DNA of 49,513 nucleotides from Octopus bimaculoides (GCF_001194135.2 NC_068983.1:34543258-34592770), one strand, 5' to 3'; shown: positions 1 to 11,405, numbered from the stretch's first letter. Program-made: numbers and translations. Notes: generated by a model not told the origin, from the letters alone.

Positions 1-615
1 TAGTGGCGGACAAAAAACAAGACAGGGAAACAAACGGAAAAGGCTATGCGACCAGACGTGAAAAATTATGTGAATATGATCGCTGTGAGGCACGAACTGA
101 AAGCGGGATAAATAAGTTCGCGTGTTTGCTCGGCGAAAGCCAAGGAAGAAAAGGATTAGTGATCGGAAACATGTGACCAGGGAGGGGAAAGGAAGAGAGA
201 GAGTGGTAGAGCGAGAAACAAGGGGAGGAAGTAAAAGAATAGGTGAGCAAAGAGAGAAAGAGAGGAAGAGAGAAATATAGTAGTAACAGAAGGAAGAACG
301 AGAGGGGAAAGAGAGAGATATAATAGTAGCAGAAGGAAGAACGAGAGGGGTAAAGAGAGATACGTTGTAGTAACAGAGGAAGAACGAGAGGGAGAAAAAG
401 TGATAGAGATAGATAGAGTTGCGTCAGAAAATATGAAGTTTAAAAAAACTACTTAGAGGGATGACGCAGGCGTTCGATCATGTAAAACAAATGATAAATG
501 AGTATATGCATATATACGTACAGGTATGTGCATACCTACGTCTACCTGTATATATAGGTGCATATCTGGGTACAGGACATTGCAAACAAAACGTAGACAA
601 GAAAATAAAATAATA
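1..615 (-). mobile_element. Probable 5'/terminal region of a Penelope-like element family (non-coding; may continue out of the window)
   Basis: 430-600 is visibly homologous to 12125-12277 and 11450-11515 (GGCGTTCG.TCAT, GCATAT.TGG.TACAG.ACAT). It has the same purine-rich plus-strand bias as the RT-bearing PLE at 5148-7170 and is adjacent to an HHR motif across a 10-N gap. Confidence 0.4.
267..395. repeat. Purine-rich tandem repeat, 3 x ~43 bp
   Basis: GAACGAGAGGG recurs at 296, 339 and 382, with similar flanks (TAGTAACAGAAGGAAGAACGAGAGGG). Confidence 0.85.
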
Positions 616-625
616 NNNNNNNNNN

Positions 626-666
626 CTGTTTCTGGGAAGATCCAAAACTTCCCTTCATCGGAGATA
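626..666 (-). ncRNA. Type I minimal hammerhead ribozyme motif (PLE type; core reads CCGAUGA; 3' end falls in gap)
   Basis: Minus strand: TATCT-CCGATGA-A-GGGAAG-TTTTGGAT-CTTCCC-A-GAAA-CAG-[N]. Stem II has 6 perfect bp. The expected continuation AGCTGTAAGACT is present at 1088-1099 in the inverted copy. Confidence 0.6.
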
Positions 667-669
667 GAA

Positions 670-1086
670 ATAGTAAAGGAATCGATTATTATATCCATAG
701 GCGGAGAGTTATAGTATGAAGTGAGAGTGAGTGTGATGCGCTGAAAAAAGAAAGAAGGAAAGAACAGTACTTGAAGTGTAGTTTCATTCCAGTAGTAAGT
801 ATCCGTGAGATCTCTCACTTGACTTGGGACATCCTTCAAGTAAACACAAGCAATATACCTCGGACACAATATGGCATATATCCACCTCTGGTATTTCAGC
901 CTTTGCTGCAGCAACTATTTCCGGAAAATTCCCACAAGTATTACTTTGCACGGATGCTTACTACTGGAATGAAACTACACTCCAAGTACTGTTCTCTCCT
1001 TCTTTCTTTTTTCAGCGCATCACACTCACTCTCACCTCATACTATAACTCTCCGCCTATGGATATAATAATCGATTCCTTTACTAT
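670..1086. repeat. Inverted repeat: 138-bp arms (670-807 / 949-1086), 141-bp spacer
   Basis: Direct comparison of the reverse complement gives about 4 mismatches. The ORF track shows the same peptide YYWNETTLQVLF.PSFFFQRITLTLTSYYNSPPMDIIIDSFTIS on both strands. Confidence 0.95.
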
Positions 1087-1439
1087 AAGCTGTAAGACTC
1101 TATCCATAAAATATATTTCCAGCTTTACCATTACTCTCTTTATCTTTTTATATATTTATACACACACACGCTAATACACGACCTATAATCCCCAATCCTG
1201 TTCATACAACGACTGGAGCATAACTAGTCGGTATTCAGCACTTTACTCGGTATTACCTGTATCTTTTTGGGTTTGGTTAAATCCAATACCCTCCTCAACC
1301 TTATATATATGTATCTATATATATNNNNNNNNNNNTATATATGTGTGTATACACACATGATAGAAGTAAACAGACAACCTTATAATCATTAAAATTTATT
1401 TAAATCCGAAATTACACATTCAAATTATATATTAATTCT

Positions 1440-2468
1440 TATAATGTGAATATTTGATATTTAGTAGACATGCCCTTTGCATTTTTCAATGCAACGACCA
1501 TATTAGATATGTTACCGATCAGATGAATATTCTCTTGCGAAATTTCTAGCTAAGTTTCGTGTGCTAATCCCAAAATATCAGGCTTTGTTAATACTTTCTG
1601 GTTCTTTTTATGAAGTGTCCTGTCCATTATGTCTCAGTGGTGTTCAACAGGGTTCACATCTGATAACTGGCTTCGCCATGGAAGCTTTTTAATGCTATTC
1701 TCATCCAACAAATCTTGGGTCATTTTGACCGTGCAACAAGGAGCCCTATCTTCCATAAATAAATTCTTCTTTAATTATTCCCCCACTGGAGAAGATTGGA
1801 AGAAGTCCTTTCTGCAATATGGACACATATTTATCTGAGTTTATGATTCCCTCACACTCCACCAGCTCTGATCAACCATTGCTCCAAATTGCTCCTCAGA
1901 CCATCACAGAATAGCTGTCATGTTTCATTGTTGGCTGCAATCTTTTCACACGAAATTCTTGATCACAGGGTCTCCAGACCTACAGTAGACCACTCTGAGG
2001 AAATACAGCAAATCTAGACTCATCAATCAGAGAATGACAGTGTCCCAAAATGTTAGTGGCCTTTCCATTATCTCACACGCCTAATCTTTTCTCCGCGAGA
2101 TGTTGGCTGGTCGAAGAAGTAGCTTTCTTCTTGTTGCTCTGCCATAGTAACCAAGTTTTTGGAGATACCTGACAGAGGTTTGGGGACTGACATCAACTTC
2201 TTCTGCTATGTCAGAGGCTTTGCAGCGAGGATTATCCTCTACACTTGTCTTAACAAAGAGAAAGGTCCAGATAGAGGGCTCTGGTTGTTCTGGGCGCGAT
2301 GATGTGGACTTCTTCCCCTCTCTGGTGAATGGCACAATCACTCTATTAACTGCAGAAAGCAGGCTCCCAAGATTTTCTGCGATTCTCCGCTATGTCCACC
2401 TTCATAATGACCCAGAATACGGACTCTTTGAAATTCAGACAGTTCCAGTTCCTCTTTTGTTCATTGAA
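1440..2468 (-). pseudogene. Degenerate Tc1-family (DD34E) transposase
   Basis: Fragments: ELSEFQRVRILGHYEGG (HTH), VEDNPRCKASDIAEEVDVSPQTSVRYLQKLGY, DESRF, MEDRAPC...LPWRSQLSDVNPVEH (34 residues between D and E), C-terminal KNAKGMSTKY. It carries frameshifts and stops; TIRs were not found. Confidence 0.9.
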
Positions 2469-2840
2469 TAATTAAACAGTCACGTATAGAACCTGAAACA
2501 TAAAAATGTCAATTAATTAAAATATATAAACCTTTACAAGTTTGAATAAACATAAAACGATGTTTCATGGTTTGTCTATTTACATCTAACATGGCCGTGT
2601 ATATGTATATCTTACAAGGGAGAAAAGAGTCTGTTATTTATCTTCACAGAGCCTGCAGCCATAAATCTGGAGAGGGCCTGGAGAATTTGCTTGTTTATAT
2701 AAATTACTTTGCCGTCAAGCTTTATCTTTCACAATATTTGTGCAGATAAAGATGAAATCTGTTGTGAACTTACAATGGTCACGTATTTGAAATGTAAAGA
2801 ATTTTTCTTGTGAACCGTGTCTTACATAATCACATATTGT

Positions 2841-3039
2841 AACAAGGTCAGGAACTTCAGAGGAGTGGGTGAGTCGATTAAATCGACGCCAGTGTTCAGG
2901 GGCTAATTATTTTATCGTATTCGAAAGGTAGAAAGGGCAAGTCGACCATAGCGGAGCATGAACTCAGAAAGTAAAGACGGAAGAAATACAGCTAAGAAGA
3001 TTGCCCGGCGCAGTATCCAATCTTCCAGCTCGCTGCCTT
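2841..3039 (-). mobile_element. tRNA-derived SINE, family A (degenerate)
   Basis: Reverse complement matches the copies at 42387 and 47846 (AGGCaGCGAGCTGG...CTGAGTTCA...GTCGACTT...GTCGATtTAATCGAC). Confidence 0.85.
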
Positions 3040-3451
3040 GAAACGTTAATCGTTTAGTATAACGAAACATTACAAGTTGTATGGAGTAGAAAATATAATT
3101 TCAGTAACAACTATTGGTCGCTGTATGGTTTTGATATTAATATGAATCTCAATGAAGGAGCCTTGTCTCAAAATTTGAAATTAATATACTACTATTTCTT
3201 ACTCAGAACTAAACAAAAGCTTCACTTTCTCGGATGGGGATATAATTTCTAGTACAATGTATATAGTTATACATTCATAACTTTTCTAAAGTGTCATTTT
3301 GTGATTCATTTGCTACTGAAAATAAATCACTTCCGAAAGTTACAAATGTGTAAGTATATATGACGTCTATAGATAATATTAGTATACAAACTCATGAAAC
3401 GTACATATGTGTGATCGGCAAAATATATAATTAGAATTTTTTTTTTTCCAG

Positions 3452-3521
3452 CTTCCATCAAAATCTATGTAATGCTTACGTTCTTTCTTGCCAAAAGCAG
3501 TGTTGAAAAGATAATTGAATA
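3452..3521 (+). other. Candidate exon of an unidentified host gene
   Basis: Strong acceptor (T)12CCAG and donor GTAAGA; one open frame, SIKIYVMLTFFLAKSSVEKIIE. No homology recognised. Confidence 0.25.
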
Positions 3522-3963
3522 GTAAGAAACAAAAGAATGACCTTTATCTCAAAGATGAAACACCTGCGTATTGTTTTGGCCTCCAGTTGATCGATTCCAT
3601 GATTGCAGAGAAAAATATCATTCTCCATGCACGCACAACGTTGACAGAGATTCTCGCAATTCGTAGATATATGCCTGCACATACACAAAAAGATACATAT
3701 CTAGATGTAATTGTACTAAGTCGTGTCTTCCAACACAAACATATGGAAGAGACGCTCTATGTTATACATTATCATATAACCATCTATACATCTGCATCTA
3801 CATTTACATGTCGGCACAAAAAATAATACACAACCAAAAGGTATATATGTGTATACATACGTGTGCGTGTGTTTTTGTGTGTTCACGTGTGCATACATAT
3901 GCATACATGCCCATGAATGTGTATGTATATATGCCGTACCTATCGCTCACTATCTCTCTCCCA

Positions 3964-3995
<32 letters not shown>

Positions 3996-4615
3996 NNNNN
4001 NNNNNNNNNNNNNNNNNNNNNNNNNNNNNNNNNNNNNNNNNNNNNNNNNNNNNNNNNNNNNNNNNNNNNNNNNNNNNNNNNNNNNNNNNNNNNNNNNNNN
4101 NNNNNNNNNNNNNNNNNNNNNNNNNNNNNNNNNNNNNNNNNNNNNNNNNNNNNNNNNNNNNNNNNNNNNNNNNNNNNNNNNNNNNNNNNNNNNNNNNNNN
4201 NNNNNNNNNNNNNNNNNNNNNNNNNNNNNNNNNNNNNNNNNNNNNNNNNNNNNNNNNNNNNNTATATATATATATATATATATACTTAAATATATGTGTG
4301 TGTGTGTATACATATGGACACAGTCACAAACACATGCACAAGCATGCATACATACATACATGCACACATACATACGTCCATACATACATACATACGGACA
4401 AACAAACGTATGCGAATTTTAAACATTTGTAGCTGGTAATATACACAATTTCGAATATGCACCTTGCATATCATGGACATATCTGATGATATACACTTAC
4501 AAATATATACAAAAACACACAAAAGGAAACACCTATAGGGTTATCATATGTCAAAGGATGATTATGTGAAATTTGCCGCACAGTTATACATAAATAAATT
4601 CTTATACTACCATAG

Positions 4616-4667
4616 AAACGTGCACTGCGAGAACAAGAAGCCAAAGCAAAGCTGGATGAACGACATA
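4616..4667 (+). CDS. Candidate 52-nt coding exon (KRALREQEAKAKLDERH)
   Basis: Acceptor TTCTTATACTACCATAG, donor GTAACT, and a helical charged peptide. It weakly resembles the N-terminus of axonemal outer-arm dynein heavy chains (from memory; unverified). Confidence 0.3.
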
Positions 4668-5109
4668 GTAACTTTTGTGTATGAAAAATCATTATATAAA
4701 TTTGAAAAGGATATGCCAGTATGTGCAGAAGATATGCGCATGGGGAGTATATGCTGATGATTAATCGATGATTTTGTTCTTAAAATTCCCAAATCTCTTT
4801 GTGGAAAAGTTTTTAATCGTTTTAAGATCATGACCTTTTTATAAGCGTATATGAGTGTTATATATTTTTATATGTTTGTGTCTGTGTGTGGATATATACG
4901 TTTATGTGCATACATATNNNNNNNNNNNNNNNNNNNNNNNNNNNNNNNNNNNNNNNNNNNNNNNNNNNNNNNNNNNNNNNNNNNNNNNNNNNNNNNNNNN
5001 NNNNNNNNNNNNNNNNNNNNNNNNNNNNNNNNNNNNNNNNNNNNNNNNNNNNNNNNNNNNNNNNNNNNNNNNNNNNNNNNNNNNNNNNNNNNNNNNNNNN
5101 NNNNNNNNN

Positions 5110-5147
<38 letters not shown>

Positions 5148-5150
<3 letters not shown>

Positions 5151-7170
5151 TGAGAATTTAGAAGGAAGACAAAAGCCGAAGACGGGTATGTAAAAAACAA
5201 ACAGATGTATTAGTTTAATGCTCGGGAAGTGAGATAGTCTTTTACGTTTCGAGCCTACGCTCTTCGACAGAAAGGAAAACAGAAATAAACAGGGAGAGAT
5301 AATAGAAAAAGGTTTAGTGGCTAGTGATCTAGGGTTCACACAGGAGAGCTAGGTAGAAGGGGATATAATAAAGTAGTGGTGATCCCAAAACAAAGGTTCG
5401 CGTAGGTGTGTATGTGAGAGCGTGTATGTGCATGTGGAATGGGGCTGGTGAGATTAACGTGTGCGGATGGAAGGGGGTGGTGACATTGATGTGTGCATTT
5501 ATAGGTGTGTGCGGATGATGGTGTAGTTCCTGGAAAGTGGTCAGTGCTAGTGTGTGCGGGGTAGTGTGATGTCGTGTGGTATGGTATGGTGTGTGATTTG
5601 GTGGTGTGGTGGCGTGTGGGGGTGTTAGAGTGTGGGGGAGGTGAGAATAGGGGAAGCAAGGGTGGCTCTAAGGGATGGGTTAGGGTGTGATGGGATGTAT
5701 AGGGATGGTGGGGTTAGAATGTGTAGTGGTAAGGTAATGAGGGAGGGGTGACGATAAAGGGAGAGGGTGGAAGGGAGAGGGTGGAAGGAAGAGAAGGTGG
5801 ATAGAAATAAAGAGAAGTAGGTGCCAGATCAAAAGAGGAGAGGTGGGTGGGAGGAAGTAGGTGTTAGAGTAAGAGAGGAGCGAGGGAATCGAACCGTGTT
5901 GGGAGGACGGGTTATGGAAGAAGCTGTGGACCAAGGGGTCTCGTAAGTTGTGGGCTCGTTTGTAGGAGGGGAGGGGTCGGTTAAGGAAGATGTGCGAAGT
6001 GAAGGGGTCGGACTGGAGTCGCCGGAAGGCTTGGAGAATGGTGCGTTCGATAGGTAGGGTAGTGGCGTGGTAGGTGAGAAGAAACGGGAGACGGGTGATG
6101 ACGCAGCGGGTGCGATGGGAGAGAGCAAGATGCACGGTCCACGGAATGTGCTCTGGCAAGGGCGGTGTGAATGGTGGTGAGGGAGGATGAAGTGGCGAGC
6201 CATGAGTTGAGACTGAGTCTCAAAGTCATGGCTATCACTGTAGAGCCTACGTAGACGGAGGAATTGAGAATAAGAGATGGAGAGCTTGGTATGTTTAGAA
6301 TGCGAGGAGTAGAAGTTGAGGCATGAGTGTGAGTCTGTGTGTTTGTAGTGGATGGAGATGGTGAGAGTGAAGTGTTCAATTCTGACCGAAATGTCGAGAA
6401 AGGCGACTGAGGTGTCGGAGATAGTGATGGAGAAGTGGAGTGCGGGATGGATAGATTTGACAAAAGAGAGGAAAGCGTGTAGATGTTCGCGAGAGAGTGA
6501 GGTCGCACCGATACAGTCGTCAATATAACGAGTGGTCCCATGGAGTGGGACCAGTGAAACTTGAGAATATTTGGGCCTCAATACAGCCAATGAACAGGTT
6601 CGCATAGTTGGGGCCCATTTTCGTTCCCATGGCCACTCCTGAGTTGCTCTGAAGGAGAAGTAGTTAAATGACAGAACAAGTTCGGCCAGACGAAGGAGTG
6701 TAGATGTGTCAGGTTGAGGGATAGTCGTAGTTCAAGAAAATGTTGGAGTGCACGCAGCCCCGCGTGGTGAGTGATCACCGTGTATAGACTATTGATGTCA
6801 AGAGTGAAGAGAAGTTTAGAGGGTGCCAAGTGGGAAGGAGAAGGAGTTGAACAAACGAAGAGCATGGTTCGTGTCATGGATGTGAGAGAAGAGGGAAGCC
6901 ACTAGAGGGCAAGTACATGGTCAAGATATATGGAGATGAGCTGGTGGGACAGTTTCAGGCGGAGAAGATGTTTTTTGTGGATTTTGGGGAGGAGGTAAAT
7001 TGTGGGTGTGCGAGGGGTGCGAAAAATGAGATTAGAGGCGGTGGGGGAGACGGGAGGAGGGGATGAGGTTATGAATAGTGGAGGTCACAGTCTGTTGGCA
7101 GTTGTGCGTGGGGTTGGAGGGCAGAGAGCAGTAGAAGGAGGTGTCTTGAAGTTGGCAGAGAGCTTCCGCC
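5148..7170 (-). mobile_element. Penelope-like retroelement: 5'-truncated, degenerate RT, endonuclease deleted, 3' UTR and terminal HHR module retained
   Basis: PLE RT motifs: IYLLPKIHK, LFTLDINSLYT, GT.MGP.YANLFIG, RYIDDCIGATS, VAFLDISV, YSQFLRLRRL, SYKRAHNLRDPLVHS. The pyrimidine-rich 3' UTR on the minus strand ends in a module shared with 32780-32960. Confidence 0.92.
5239..5274 (-). ncRNA. Minimal type I hammerhead motif with variant core CUGUCGA
   Basis: CTTT-CTGTCGA-A-GAGC-GTAG-GCTC-GAAA-CG-TA-AAAG. Stem I is CTTT/AAAG, stem II is GAGC/GCTC with a tetraloop, stem III is a palindromic ACGT, and the predicted cleavage triplet is GUA (after 5243). Confidence 0.65.
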
Positions 7171-7402
7171 TTATCTTTTATTTTTTTCCTTGTTTCAAAC
7201 ATTCCATTGCAGCCATGCTGAGGCCCAGCCTTGGAGAATCTTTTAGCTAAATGAAGCGACCTCAGGACTTAGTTTTTATGCCTTATACTTATTTTATCGG
7301 GCTCGTTTAGAGAAGCGCGAAGTCACGTTGAGGTAAACCCAGTAAACATGTTGTGAAGCGGCGGTGGGTAACAAATACAGAAACAAACATACACACGCAG
7401 CT

Positions 7403-7436
<34 letters not shown>

Positions 7437-7445
7437 ACACACACA

Positions 7446-7487
<42 letters not shown>

Positions 7488-7636
7488 GACATATACATGA
7501 CGAGCTTCTTCCAGTTTCCGCCTACCATATCCACTAACAGGTCTTTTATCAGCCCGAAGCTATAGTAATAAACATTTGGCACGCAGTGGGGCTGAACTCG
7601 GAATCAGGCTTGTTACCACACTGCCGAGCCTGCGCT
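7171..7636 (-). mobile_element. tRNA-derived SINE, family B, with central (TG)n tract
   Basis: Head GCGCAGGC...GTGTGGTAAcAAGC...GAGTTCAGcCCCACTGCGTG, central microsatellite, tail ...GCATGGCtGCA...TGAAACAAG...AAAAGATAA. Homologous to 12448-12644 and 31696-33118. Confidence 0.85.
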
Positions 7637-7858
7637 TATACATCGGTTGTTTCATTTCGTTTGCTAGATACTCTATGTGAAGTCGTTGATAGAGACATAT
7701 TTTCCTATATTTCGTGAGGGGCATTATCGCAATGATCAGCATTCGGAATGAGTCTATTTCAGTTATTTATTATTCATTTGAAAAGTAGTTAACTATTCAA
7801 CCAATTAACTAAGAAATTGATTATCATACCTCAGTATGTATCTATCTCTCTATCTAAC

Positions 7859-7890
<32 letters not shown>

Positions 7891-7900
7891 NNNNNNNNNN

Positions 7901-7934
<34 letters not shown>

Positions 7935-8056
7935 CGTGTTTGTGTAACTATTTGTATATAAGCCTATACATACCAATGTTTCTTTGTGTGTCTCCTTTCT
8001 GTTAACGATTCTGGTTTTATATACACACCATTTTTAAATGATGCAAATATTAATAA

Positions 8057-10352
8057 CACTGGTCAACACACTTTTTGCTGACTTCTGTTTTGTGGTTGTT
8101 GTTGTTTTTTGTTACTTCTCTAGCCATACCTGGCTCATAAGGGCGGATTTCCCGGTTTCATTAGCGTATAGGTTCCTCGCCTGGACGGGACGCCGGCCAG
8201 TCAAAGGATTAAAGAGCGAGAGAATGTTGTGGCGAAAGTATCAGCCGCAGTTCGGAGCAACGTGGAGCTTAGGTGTTTCGCTCATCATCATACACATCGC
8301 TCGGTCTGAGATTCGAACTCGCGATCCCTCGACTGCGAGTCCGCTGCTCTAACTACTAGGCCATGTGCCTCCACCGATTTTGTGGTTGTTTTTAGTTAAT
8401 TCTAAGATGCTGATTTCGAATATGGCATCCATTTTCCCTAATACATCAGGGGTTTTTTTTCTATAGCATACCCCTATTTTATGATGCACTGTATAAACAA
8501 TTTACCTGGTCTGGATAGTCCACCAAGTCTTATAACCTCAAATCATAAGTTATGATGTCAATAAAATACAAAATGTAAGATAGCATTACCTAATACTAAA
8601 TACCTACTGTTAATTTTCTAATATGATGGATAAAACACAAACCATCATACATACACCTTCATATTCACGAAACAAATTTCCGCTCGCGAGAGCGTCTGGA
8701 AACTTCCATGTCTACACAGTCTCTTTGAATACTCCAACAGTAGTCTGCAGTCATGGCTTGATATCGCTCCTCCATTATCTTGGTTGGATGATGAAAATGC
8801 TCACCATGCTCATCGCTCACGTCACCGAGACTGGCAGGAAATTCATCGAGATGGCTATTGAGAGAATGAAGCTTTATTCTCATGTTGTGTCCTAAAAGAT
8901 GAAAGCTATCAACTAATGTCTCCACCAAATTCTTGTAGTTTGCAGCCTTTTCACTCCCTCAAATTCCTTTCACAACTGTCACAAATGAATCCCATGGTCT
9001 TTTTTCTATGTCAGCCATCGAGCTCGAAAAATTGTGGCATTTCGTTAACTTTCTGATTTGTGGTCCATCAAAACACCAGCCGTTATTTAATCATAACTTA
9101 GGCCAGGTAATGCTGTACATATAACTTTGAAACAGTTAGCTTCCACATTAAGAGCTTTGACAAATTACTTCATTTGTCCTAGTTTAATATGAAGGAGTGG
9201 AAAGATGATTTTCTCTTGCTCAACAAGTGGTTGGTGTATAATATTCTTCTCTCTAACAGTCAAATTTTTCCTAACCGACAGAGTTTCTGTTCCCTACGTT
9301 TGTCTCTCGTTTGGCTATTCCATAAACACAGGAAACACGGATATTTTGTATACCATACTTGTTGGCTAAGTAAAAAGTTGACCGTTTTTAGATCTACAAA
9401 CATATAACCCATTTGTGTTCATCATATTTAGGTAAATCTAATACAACTATTATGTGATTATAAATTTCCCTTAAGTGTACAGAGTGAATAATAGGAAGCA
9501 CATCAAACAAGTTTCTATGATAGTGTTTAATAGTCCCGCTGCGTCACAACAGTAAACAAAATCTTTTCCAATTGTAAAGAATGCCAAGAGACTTTTTTCC
9601 TTGTTCCGATAAAAGAGTCACCTTTGTTTCTTTCTCTGTCAAATTCTTCTCTTTAAGCCTAGAAGCTATCAGTTCTGATAAATCTGTTGACAGTCCTATG
9701 TTTCTAACTAAATCATTAAGTTCTGCCTGGTTGAAGTGTTCACGTTCTTTGTTTGATGTTTCTGTAAAGTCTAATAACTGTCATGTTCATGATTTACATC
9801 TACTTCACATATATCACTTTCACCTTGCAGTGAAGGTAGATCCCTGGAAACGGGTTCTGGCATTCCATCGGAGTGAAATACTTGGTGAATTGCTGACGCC
9901 AGATTTCGCTAACTCATTTTCTGTCACGTTCCCTTACTATAACCGGAAGTCTTTGTGAGACAAAAGTAGCAATCGTTTACATGGTCATTTGGCTTCCACC
10001 ATATCACAGGAATGCTTAGTTGTTTTCTTGTGTCCTTTGTCTATTGGCGTAGATGTTGGACATTAATCTTTAAGTAAACCAAGTAGGATCTTTTCACAAT
10101 GTCACTAACGTCCATTCTTTGACTTCGCACAGTGAAACATCCACATATATAGCAAAAAAGTCAGTGGGAAATTAACCATTTCAAACATGGAGCTACGGGT
10201 GGGGCCAATATGGGCCAGCCCATACAAACAAAACCTAGGCGTAATAGAAAAAACAAGTAGTGCCATTTTAAAATTCACTGACCCTAAATCACCCCAAAAG
10301 AGGTCTCAAGCTTAAATTAGTAGAAAAAAATGTTACAATTTGGAGGCCAGTG
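8057..10352 (-). mobile_element. Chapaev3-like (CMC superfamily) DNA transposon, degenerate, with nested SINE
   Basis: Termini CACTGG...CCAGTG flanked by a TAA/TAA 3-bp TSD. Transposase remnants: PVIWWKPNDHVNDCYFCL, FNQAELNDLVRNIGLSTDLSELIASRLKEKNL, PLLHIKLGQMK.FVKAL, LHSLNSHLDEFPASLGDVSDEHGEHFH...MEERYQ..TADYCWS. Confidence 0.85.
8101..8377 (-). mobile_element. tRNA-derived SINE, family C (short tail), inserted in the Chapaev3-like element
   Basis: Head with A-box TGGCCTAGTAGTT and B-box GTTCGAATC; (CAA)-like tail; 13-bp TSD TTTTGTGGTTGTT at 8088-8100 and 8378-8390. Confidence 0.9.
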
Positions 10353-10644
10353 TAATCCATCATTTTCCTCAAGCGTGACTGGTAGAAAATCATGAAATAT
10401 CTGCAAGACTTTGATATATAACATGTGTAGTCCCATGATGATGAGAAAAACTTAAGGAAAATATGTGTAATGTTGGAAGGTTGTTAGGATGTTGACACGC
10501 CTGTCATAAGCAGTCTTTTGGATTAAATGAATTGAACTTATAACTAATATTCCTACCAGAAAAATAAATTGAAATGCACAATTTCATTAATGTTCATACA
10601 TATCGATCGATTTCTCTTACTCTCTCCCCCACTCTCTCACTCTT

Positions 10645-11249
10645 TCTCTGTATATATATATATATATATATATTGATAAAAAACTATGATATTACGCAAA
10701 ATGCATTACCCATGCGCAAGTATCTCTTTCAAAGGCGACGCAAGAAAAACAAAAAGAGTCAAATCACATTTTCAGGACTACAGGACGGTCATGACACATA
10801 AATATTCTGGTCCCAATCAAAAATTTTGGATACTTATAGATAACAGAAACTGGCAAATAACACTACAACTATAATATGTACACTATAAACTTTATCAGAA
10901 ACCAAGTTCAAATCAATTTCCAATGATACATCGGATTCCATAAATACCGAGACCAAAAACATAGTTCTAGTCTTTACTGTAGGTATCAGAAATTCTTGCG
11001 CCTACTGAACTATCTACTATATATTTGTGAAAAGGGCGGACACTGTCTCACAAGCAGTTGTACAGGCAAAAGTGTTAGTAAATATGGTCGGATTGATCTA
11101 ACAATTTGCACAGCTATGTTAAAAGTACGGGGGTGTTTGCATGACAGCATTGAGTTTGCTCAATTGAAAGGCGTGCCTTCTAGGGCAAAATTCCTCATCT
11201 TTAAAATGTGGCCCGAGTAGACCCGAATGAAATCGGGTTATAATACTAG
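10645..11249 (+). mobile_element. Possible non-autonomous Helitron (only the 3' end is diagnostic)
   Basis: Hairpin ACCCGA-ATGAAA-TCGGGT (11221-11238), 7 nt, then CTAG followed by T. The 5' TC boundary is a guess. Confidence 0.45.
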
Positions 11250-11405
11250 TATATATATATATATATATATNNNNNNNNNNNNNNNNNNNNNNNNNNNNNN
11301 NNNNNNNNNNNNNNNNNNNNNNNNNNNNNNNNNNNNNNNNNNNNNNNNNNNNNNNNNNNNNNNNNNNNNNNNNNNNNNNNNNNNNNNNNNNNNNNNNNNN
11401 NNNNN

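Noticed and set aside
3804-5339. Long ORFs such as YIYIYI, CVCVCV and HTHTHT, many running through N-gaps (also at 14.5k, 22.6k, 25.4k and 32.1k)
   Set aside because: These are translations of dinucleotide microsatellites and Ns, with no coding evidence.
8290-8377. tRNA-like sequence (also 32095-32181, 7560-7636, 21600-21663)
   Set aside because: A/B boxes are present, but there is no pairable acceptor stem, and each continues into a SINE body; these are SINE heads, not tRNA genes.
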